Below are positions 56,861-64,000 of a stretch of 64,000 nt of DNA, one piece after another. Source of the stretch: Thermoplasmata archaeon. Its GTDB lineage: Archaea > Thermoplasmatota > Thermoplasmata > RBG-16-68-12 > JAFNFQ01. Below the pieces are notes generated by a model. That model ran no database searches. It had not been told where the DNA came from and saw only the letters and a list, made by a program, of their open reading frames with translations. Position numbers and translations under genes: made by a program. How positions within the stretch are numbered: position 1 is the first letter of the stretch; the number at the start of each line of letters is the position of its first letter. The stretch is taken from NCBI GenBank assembly GCA_041489255.1, contig JBGPQV010000004.1, forward strand, positions 32,001 to 96,000. Direction: 5' to 3'.

Positions 56861-59800
56861 TCAGCCGACCGGCGCGGTCAGGTCGATGACGCCGTCAACC
56901 TCTCTCTCGAGCAGATTGAGCTGGTGGCTGTCGAGGGTCGACGGGTTCACCGACAGAAGGAGAGTGGCCTTGTTCACCGCAATCTGGTCCCTCAAGGACT
57001 GAACCAGCCTCAGGACCGTCAGGAAGTTGTTGTTCGTGATCAGGTATTCTATGCCGTCGAGCAAGACCAGCCCGCTTTCCTTCGTCAGGAACTGTTCGAG
57101 CAGCAAGGATAGCTTCTCGAGGTCCTTTGGCCTCACGGAATCTTCCTTTCCGATGTTGGAGAGCCAAATGATCGGCAATTCGGACAGTTCGTACTGCTCT
57201 CTGACTTTCTGCGGGAAGACGCGCGTGACGCACATGCCTTTCTTCCCGCCAACAAGCCCTGATTTGAACAGCACATACGCTTCTCCAGGCTGGGCCTCCT
57301 TCACCAGATACGTTGAGGACTCCTTCAGCGGAGGCAGACGCCTGGCCTCGACAGGCGGTCGTGGCGGGGGAGGGGGCGGCGGCTCCGGTGTATTCTGCTT
57401 TAGGGCTCCCCTAATGGGCACGGAACAGGTTGGGCACAGTTCCAATCCCTTCTTCACAGGGCTCTTGCAGTTCGGACATGCCACCAGCTCTTCTGCTGGC
57501 ACCGATACTCCTTCAAGCGACTCGGCACACCGCCAGCAATGCCCCTTTAGCACCTTGACTGCCGCACCGCAGGTGGAGCAAGCGTGCATCGTGGGAGCGG
57601 GCGCCCTCGTCGAGTACTCCTTGATTCTCTTGACGTCGACTTCTCCGATTCCCTCGATTGCGACTAGTTCCTGTGGTGTTGCCTGGCTCAATGCCGTCAA
57701 AGTCTTGTATCCAGCGTCGAAGAGGGTCATCGCTTTGTTCTGTGTAATGCCCTCAATCTTCGTGAACTGCGCGATTGCCTCGCCCATGTGCAGCGGCGTG
57801 ATGCCTATGAGCATGGTCTCGCCCTCAACGTTCCATTCGACGCCGTATTCCTCGTTCACATCCGCTTGATCCACTCGAAGAACGCGGGAGCGGGTCTCAG
57901 TCGCTATGTGGCCCTTCTGACTCTTGATCATCTCCGCCAGTTCGGCCCGGACCCTGATTGCGGTTCTGACGAAATCCTCCACCGGCAGATCGATGTCCTT
58001 CCTCATCTGCTGTATCCGGCGGATGATCTCCCTCGAGAAGCCCTCCGCCTTGACCTCGGGCGTGATCCGCATGTCCACGAACAACGTGCCGTGAGGAGTC
58101 TGGATCATCTTCACGCCCTCTGGCACTTGCCTGTCGAAGGATATCATGTAGGGCTGGACTTTCACTATCTGTCCATCGATTCCCAGTTTGTATTCACCCT
58201 TGTCGATCGCCCTCTTCACCTCGGATGGCTCTCGCGTCATGAGCATCGTGACTATCTTGCTCCAGGAAGCCTTGTAGACCTTGCTTATGGCTTCTCCGTC
58301 CGGCTTGAGCTTCAGCTTCAAACCCTCGAATTCCTGATCCTGCTCGAGTATCACCAGCGACCTCGCGTTCGCCTGTTGTAGGAGGATGTCCTTCAGCATG
58401 TTCACAGCGTGACGGGCACCTTCGCTGGGATCCTTGATAGCTATCTGGGCTATCGGCCACCTCAACTTCATTTTAGCTTCCTGTCTCGCTTGCGACACGA
58501 GCTCGACCAGCTCCTGCACGGTTGCCATCGAGACCTCCAAATCGCCGTTGATGAGGTCCTCATTCACGTTCGGCCAAGCGCACATATGCACGGTCAGGAA
58601 GCGCCCGTCCAGATTCTGGTACATCGTCTCGGCGACATGCGGGGTCAATGGGGCAAGAAGCTTGCATAGGCTCGTGAGGGACTCGTGCAACGTCTTGTAC
58701 GCGGCCAGCTTGCCCTTGTCGCCACCCTCCACCCAGGTCCTGTCCCTGACCAGCCTCACATACCATCTGGAAAGGTCGTTTAGTGTGAAATCCTCTAGTG
58801 CCCGGCAGGCCTTGTGCAGATTGTAGGCCTCAATCTCAGCACCGACCGTCATCTTCAACCGCTCGATCTTGGAAAGGAGCCACTTGTCCTCAGGCTTCAT
58901 GTACTTCATGAGGCTGTCCAAGCTGTGCGCCTGAGGGTCGAAACTGTCCATCGCCATGTAGAGCGTCGCGAACTTGTAGACGTTCCAAAGTATGTTGAGC
59001 GACCTGTGGGTGTTCTTCACTTCCTCCCAGTTGAACGTGAGATCCTCCCACGGGGGCTTCGTCTTCAGGAGATATAGACGCAGGGAGTCGACGCCGTACT
59101 TCTGGATGACCTCACTTGGCTCGACGTAATTGCCGAGGCTCTTGGACATCGCTTGGCCGTCCGAGCCAAGCATCCAGCCATGCATCAGCACGGATTCGTA
59201 TGGCGCGCGGTCGAACGCGACGACGCTCGCAGCGAGCTGCGAATTGAACCAGCCCCTGGTTTGGTCGTGCGCCTCGGAAATCCAGTCGGTAGGCCACCAA
59301 CGCTTGAATTCTCCTTCGACCTGCGGATAGTTGAGTTGCGCCCAGGAACAGATGCCTGCGTCGAACCAAACGTCGACGATATCCCTGACCCTGTTCTGTG
59401 TGTCCCCGCACTTGGGGCACTTGAACAAAACTTTGTCGATCCAGGGTCGGTGCGGGTCCATGCCAGGAGTGTAATTGACCCCTTCGCGCAGTTCAGCTTC
59501 CGACCCGATGACCCTCAGTGTGCCGCACTTCGCGCACCGCCAAACCGGCAGGGGAGTGCCCCAGTACCGCTGTCTGGTGATGCACCAGTCCCTGAGGTTC
59601 GTGGTCCATTCCTTCTGTCTGGACGATCCCGCCCAGTCCGGCGTCCATTTTATCCTGTCTACTTCCTCCAGCATCCTGTTTCTCACATCGCTGACCTTGA
59701 TGAACCACTGAGTCGTCAATCTGTACAGGACCGGCTGATGGCATCGCCAGCAATGCCCGTATCTGTGGGTCACTTGGCCAGAGGCGATGAGATGTCCTGA

Positions 59801-60949
59801 GGCAGCGAGATCGCTCAGTATCGTGGCGTTCGCTTCCTTGACATGCTTGCCCGCATAGGCGCCTGCCTCGGCGGTGAATATCCCTCCTTCGTTGACCGGA
59901 GAGAAGAGCGGTATCTGGTGGGCTTGGCCGATCTCGAAGTCTTCAGGCCCATGGCCCGGGGCGATGTGAACGACACCCGTATTCTCCGCCGTCACTGTTT
60001 CTGAGAGGAGAACGCGATGTACCCACTGACCGCTGACGCTCTTCTGATAAGGGATGCTGGATTCGAACGGATGAGTATAAACCCAGCCGGCGAGCTTGTC
60101 GCCCTGGAGGCGTTCGCCAATCTCGTACTTCTGGACGTCCGCGTCTGCCATGACCTTCTCGACGTTGCTCTCGAGCATCCAGGCTTGGTGCGACCTTCCC
60201 TCTTTTTGGAAGCTGACCCTCGCATAGGTGAGCTTCGGATGGACCGCGACAGCTAAATTGGCGGGTATCGTCCAAGGCGTCGTCGTCCAGATGAGCACGC
60301 TCTCCCCAGCTCTAGATCGGAACGGGAAGAGCACATAGATCGAAGGATCTGTCTCGTCCCAGTACTCGATCTCGGCCTCGGCTAGGGCGGTCTCGCACCT
60401 TGCGCACCAGGTGAGCGTGCGCATCGCCTCGTACAACAGCCCCCTTTCGTGGGCCCTCTTGATCGTCCACCAGTTCGATTCTATGTAGTAATTGTCTATC
60501 GTTCTGTAGGGATGCTCCCAGTCGAACCATATCCCCAGAGAGGAGAACTGCTCGGTCATCCGCTTCAGCAAACCGGTGGCGAAATCCTTGCATGTCGTTA
60601 CGAACTTCTCGATTCCGAACTCCTCAATTTCCTTCTTGTTCGTGATGCCCAGGCTTTTCTCGACCTGCACCTCGATCGGCAGACCGTGCATGTCGAACCC
60701 GGGCTGGTCCCGGACGTTGTACCCCTTCATGCGCCGCCAGCGAACCACCGTGTCCTTGATCGTCTTGTTCAGGGCGGTCCCCAGATGGATTGAACCGGTC
60801 GTGTACGGCGGTCCGTCGACGAAATAGTAATCCTGACCAGACGCCCTCAATTGCCGCGTCTTCTCATACGACTTCGTCTTCTTCCAAAATTCCCTGACCC
60901 TTCGTTCCTGTTCCACAGGCGAGTAGTCCTTCTCCGCTTGCTTTATCAT
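56861..60949 (-). CDS. ileS: Isoleucine--tRNA ligase with C-terminal HhH, zinc ribbons and DUF835 domain
   Basis: DGPPY, HLGT, WTTTPWT, DWCITRQRYWG, AMSKS; C-terminal IWLS..LLDGIEYLI..N.F. Confidence 0.95.
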   Translation of the reverse strand: MIKQAEKDYSPVEQERRVREFWKKTKSYEKTRQLRASGQDYYFVDGPPYTTGSIHLGTALNKTIKDTVVRWRRMKGYNVRDQPGFDMHGLPIEVQVEKSLGITNKKEIEEFGIEKFVTTCKDFATGLLKRMTEQFSSLGIWFDWEHPYRTIDNYYIESNWWTIKRAHERGLLYEAMRTLTWCARCETALAEAEIEYWDETDPSIYVLFPFRSRAGESVLIWTTTPWTIPANLAVAVHPKLTYARVSFQKEGRSHQAWMLESNVEKVMADADVQKYEIGERLQGDKLAGWVYTHPFESSIPYQKSVSGQWVHRVLLSETVTAENTGVVHIAPGHGPEDFEIGQAHQIPLFSPVNEGGIFTAEAGAYAGKHVKEANATILSDLAASGHLIASGQVTHRYGHCWRCHQPVLYRLTTQWFIKVSDVRNRMLEEVDRIKWTPDWAGSSRQKEWTTNLRDWCITRQRYWGTPLPVWRCAKCGTLRVIGSEAELREGVNYTPGMDPHRPWIDKVLFKCPKCGDTQNRVRDIVDVWFDAGICSWAQLNYPQVEGEFKRWWPTDWISEAHDQTRGWFNSQLAASVVAFDRAPYESVLMHGWMLGSDGQAMSKSLGNYVEPSEVIQKYGVDSLRLYLLKTKPPWEDLTFNWEEVKNTHRSLNILWNVYKFATLYMAMDSFDPQAHSLDSLMKYMKPEDKWLLSKIERLKMTVGAEIEAYNLHKACRALEDFTLNDLSRWYVRLVRDRTWVEGGDKGKLAAYKTLHESLTSLCKLLAPLTPHVAETMYQNLDGRFLTVHMCAWPNVNEDLINGDLEVSMATVQELVELVSQARQEAKMKLRWPIAQIAIKDPSEGARHAVNMLKDILLQQANARSLVILEQDQEFEGLKLKLKPDGEAISKVYKASWSKIVTMLMTREPSEVKRAIDKGEYKLGIDGQIVKVQPYMISFDRQVPEGVKMIQTPHGTLFVDMRITPEVKAEGFSREIIRRIQQMRKDIDLPVEDFVRTAIRVRAELAEMIKSQKGHIATETRSRVLRVDQADVNEEYGVEWNVEGETMLIGITPLHMGEAIAQFTKIEGITQNKAMTLFDAGYKTLTALSQATPQELVAIEGIGEVDVKRIKEYSTRAPAPTMHACSTCGAAVKVLKGHCWRCAESLEGVSVPAEELVACPNCKSPVKKGLELCPTCSVPIRGALKQNTPEPPPPPPPRPPVEARRLPPLKESSTYLVKEAQPGEAYVLFKSGLVGGKKGMCVTRVFPQKVREQYELSELPIIWLSNIGKEDSVRPKDLEKLSLLLEQFLTKESGLVLLDGIEYLITNNNFLTVLRLVQSLRDQIAVNKATLLLSVNPSTLDSHQLNLLEREVDGVIDLTAPVG

Positions 60950-61116
60950 CGCAAACGCCTCGGAGTGCAATTCGCAAGACTCCGGCTTTGTCCTCGCCTT
61001 CGAGCCCTGCGGAGTCACTCATCGAGGCGGGTCTATTAAAGCCTATGCACCTGAAATCTCGGGGTCGAAAACGTTCAGAGGTTCGTTGGCGTGGGCGTCA
61101 CCGATGATGTCGGGAG

Positions 61117-61191
61117 GGCCGGGACCGAGATTTGAACTCGGGTTCAGGGATCCACAGTCCCCGAGGATGACCAGACTACCCCATCCCGGCC
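61117..61191 (-). tRNA. tRNA-His(GUG), intronless, G-1 encoded, CCA not encoded
   Basis: (G)GCCGGGA/TCCCGGC acceptor stem, GGGGA-CTGTGGA-TCCCT anticodon arm, GTTCAAATC T-loop, discriminator C. Confidence 0.95.
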
Positions 61192-61280
61192 GCGATGCGC
61201 CGAAGGTGCCCGGCGATAAAGAACTTTCGCAGCGCGAAATCACGGACTGCCGTCAAGGGCGCGAAGAAGGAAGGCAACAC

Positions 61281-61505
61281 TCATTCTCTACGCCGCGGCG
61301 GTATTTCACGCTCGAGCAGAACTAGCTCTGCCCGCCGCAGCTGCAAATACCCCGCCACAATGAGAGCAAAGCCTGCCGCCAGCGGAATCAGCAACCATAC
61401 CAAGACGTCCGCCGGCGTGAGGATTATCGCGATTGCCGAAATGAAAAGAAGGACCATGCCGAACGAGCCAAGGACTATTCCCTGCATGCGAAGCTTGTCA
61501 TCCAT
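61281..61505 (-). CDS. Small two-TM hypothetical protein
   Basis: MDDKLRMQGIVLGSFGMVLLFISAIAII...GFALIVAGYLQL. Confidence 0.6.
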   Translation of the reverse strand: MDDKLRMQGIVLGSFGMVLLFISAIAIILTPADVLVWLLIPLAAGFALIVAGYLQLRRAELVLLEREIPPRRRE

Positions 61506-61646
61506 CGGCGCGGGGGGTCTCAGTCTGCTCCTCACAGTGGTCGGGACCCTCAGAGTTCCAAGGTTTATTAATGTACTCCGCTGAATGCAGGGATTTGGCG
61601 GGCGAGAAGCTTAAGACCGAGTGCACACTCCCTGTGCCCGGTCAGC

Positions 61647-62570
61647 ATGAAGCGTGATTTGATTTCGATCGTGGATGTGGAGAAGGATCTCATCGCCCTC
61701 CTCGAGCTCAGTCAGAGCCTCAAGAACAGGAGCATGGCCGGACAGATTTCCGAGCCATTGAAGGGGCGGAGCCTGGCGATGATCTTCGAGAAGCCCAGCA
61801 CCAGAACAAGGGTCTCCTTCGAAGTCGCGATGACGGAACTCGGCGGACATGCCCTATACCTCAGTACCGCGGACCTCCAGCTGGGCAGGGGGGAGACAAT
61901 CGCCGACACGGCGCGCGTGCTGAGCAGATATGTGGACGGCATAGTGTACAGGGCGTTCAAGCATCAGGACATGCTCGAATTGGCACGTCATTCCACGGTC
62001 CCTGTGATCAACGCCCTCGACGATCTGGAGCACCCCTGCCAGATACTCGCAGACCTGTTGACGGTGAAGGAGAAGAAAGGTGAAATGAAAGGGCTCAAGC
62101 TCGCCTATGTCGGCGATGGAAATAACGTCTGCAACTCGCTACTTCTTGGGAGCGCTCTCCTGGGAATGAATATGACGGCGGGCTGCCCCGAAGACTACAG
62201 TCCGGACGAGCACATACTCGAGATGGCGAAACGCATCGCGGCGCAGTATGGCGGTGGGGTGGAGATTGTCGAGGATCCGATGCTCGCCGTTAAGGGCGCA
62301 GATGTGGTCTATACCGATGTCTGGGTGTCGATGGGTGCTGAGAAGGAAAGAAGGCGACGGGAGAAGGCTTTCAGGGACTACCAGGTCAATTCGCAGCTCG
62401 TATCTGTTGCGAAGGACGACTGCATCGTGATGCACTGCCTCCCAGCGCACCGAGGCAAGGAAATCACGGACGATGTGATTGACGGTCCACATTCTGTCGT
62501 CCTCGATGAGGCAGAGAATCGATTGCACGCGCAGAAGGCGGTGCTCGTGCACCTCCTTGGCGGGGCATGA
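61647..62570 (+). CDS. argF: Ornithine carbamoyltransferase
   Basis: STRTR, HPCQILAD, GDGNNV, TDVWVSMG, HCLP, AENRLH. Confidence 0.96.
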   Translation: MKRDLISIVDVEKDLIALLELSQSLKNRSMAGQISEPLKGRSLAMIFEKPSTRTRVSFEVAMTELGGHALYLSTADLQLGRGETIADTARVLSRYVDGIVYRAFKHQDMLELARHSTVPVINALDDLEHPCQILADLLTVKEKKGEMKGLKLAYVGDGNNVCNSLLLGSALLGMNMTAGCPEDYSPDEHILEMAKRIAAQYGGGVEIVEDPMLAVKGADVVYTDVWVSMGAEKERRRREKAFRDYQVNSQLVSVAKDDCIVMHCLPAHRGKEITDDVIDGPHSVVLDEAENRLHAQKAVLVHLLGGA

Positions 62571-62645
62571 GGCTTGCCGCAGAGAGTGTAGGCGCCAACT
62601 CCTTGTCGGTCACTGCTGCAATGCGTCTGCGAGAGGTTGCCTAGA

Positions 62646-63193
62646 ATGCCCCTGACGCCTCTCCATCTTGCCCCCGCCCGGAGCGTTTTCCTCACCGCGC
62701 GGAGGAAGTGGAGCTTCGCGGGGTTGAGCATTGGGCGCGTTATTCTGGACGCGGAAATCCTAATCCTTTACGCAGCGGATATTGAGACGCAGACGGGACA
62801 TGGAATCATGCGTCACTCTTGGGTGCTCTGACATTCGACGCCACGGTGACGGTCCTGGCCGTATGCCTGTTGTAACCTGCATTGGCGGGATGGTGGGAAG
62901 GACGATTCGGAACGAAATGGGTTCACTTCGGCGGGGTCGATGTTGGCGACATCGACAAGCTGCCGCGCGAGATTGCAGGCGTCCATGCTGGGATTGTATT
63001 ACATGTCGGCGTGGACTTCCTGACCCACACCTCGATGCCGTACCTCTGGCCCTTCGCTGAACCTGTGAGCACCTTCAGCTTTGCGAGGGACTTCTGGTGG
63101 CTCATCTTGATCAACATGATCCTGTTGGCAGCTCTCCTCCCCCTGCTGCGCATCCACCTCGGGAGGGTGGAGGACACCGCGCCAGGGAAATGA
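62646..63193 (+). pseudogene. Disrupted membrane metal-dependent hydrolase (YdjM/DUF4184-like)
   Basis: MPLTPLH...D.E...HS, frameshift near 62820, in-frame TAA near 62873, then LHVGVDFLTH....LWPF. Confidence 0.65.
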
Positions 63194-63200
63194 CGGAGCC

Positions 63201-64000
63201 CTAGGCGCTCGAGAAGAACTGCCTCAGCACCGGGTGCATTTCCATCATCTGCTCTCTTCCTATCGCCTCGTACATCTGGATGATGATGCCTACGGCCAGC
63301 AATACCCCTGTGCCGCTCGCATTGCCGACAGTCCCTATCATATCAGCCACGGCCGCCAGCGCCCCCACGCCAGCTCCGCTAATCACCGTCACGACAGGAA
63401 TGTACCTTTCCAAGACACGTTTGAGCACCCTTGGGTCTCGGCGGAACCCCGGGATTTGCATGCCGCTGCTCTCTATTTGCTTCGCGACTGCTTCGGGGCC
63501 CATATTCGTCGTCTCAATCCAGAACTTCGCGAACATGACAGACCCGCCGACCATCACGGCCAGCCAGACGCCCAGATGCAATGCGACCTGCCAATAGGCG
63601 TGTCCCCTTAGGTAGACGTCATACCTCTGCGGGTTCAGCAACGGCAGCAGCCAGTCAGAAAGCCCGCTGATCGAGGAAAGATAGTAGGCGGCACCCGAGA
63701 TAGGCGTCGTCTGCTGTATCAGGCCGCCCGTTACTAAAGGATCGCTCGCGGATGGATAGCCGCCTAACCACCATTGCCTGCCGACAAGCGGCCACTCCGG
63801 ATGTTGCCAGAAAAGCAGCGTGAACATGCTCACGTTGGCAAGGACCGCCGCGACCAGTATGATGGGGATGTTGGACGCATACATGAGGCGTATGGGATAA
63901 CGTCCTCGCGCACCTCGGGCAGCGCCGTGCGCGAGGGGCAGTTCTATGCGCGTCGATTCAACATAGGCCACCGCGAGGAATATGATGACGGTTCCGACAA
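63201..64000 (-). CDS. secY: Preprotein translocase SecY, C-terminal part (5' truncated by window)
   Basis: YPIRLMYASNIPIIL, FWIETT, QIPGFRRD, GTGVLLAVGI. Confidence 0.95.
   Translation of the reverse strand, partial: VGTVIIFLAVAYVESTRIELPLAHGAARGARGRYPIRLMYASNIPIILVAAVLANVSMFTLLFWQHPEWPLVGRQWWLGGYPSASDPLVTGGLIQQTTPISGAAYYLSSISGLSDWLLPLLNPQRYDVYLRGHAYWQVALHLGVWLAVMVGGSVMFAKFWIETTNMGPEAVAKQIESSGMQIPGFRRDPRVLKRVLERYIPVVTVISGAGVGALAAVADMIGTVGNASGTGVLLAVGIIIQMYEAIGREQMMEMHPVLRQFFSSA

Noticed and set aside
61117-61191. tRNA-His as an integration site; encoded G-1 as a novelty
   Set aside because: No duplicated tRNA 3' end or integrase nearby; genomic G-1 is common in archaea.

Overview
GC-rich archaeal chromosomal DNA, most likely Thermoplasmatota. 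This is inferred from archaeal RFC-L, Taw1, TrmI, NOG1, SecY, class II HMG-CoA reductase, AcnX-type mevalonate enzymes and a DUF835 fusion. Housekeeping genes (purSLQ, rfcL, taw1, pdxS, ileS, tRNA-His, argF, secY) alternate with a very large secreted/surface proteome: two PKD-repeat proteins, two paralogous ~1760-aa subtilases and a 2472-aa membrane-anchored subtilase-like protein whose catalytic Ser appears lost. Best candidates for undescribed systems: (i) 875-4252, where orphan copies of the terminal PKD-coding module separate unrelated cargo (gene fragments, a 21-bp periodic array, a membrane protein, a hicBA module with a frameshifted toxin), resembling a cassette array; (ii) 45478-47500, a serine recombinase plus a catalytic-domain-less HNH-like/Recombinase partner, a perfect 12-2-12 palindrome, AT-rich repeats and an uncalled 48-aa ribbon-helix-helix gene beside rfcL; (iii) a paralogous pair of coiled-coil/winged-helix proteins with a Rok/H-NS-like layout. 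No CRISPR array, rRNA, transposase, tyrosine integrase or reverse transcriptase was recognised. All family calls come from motif recognition by eye; no database searches were run.
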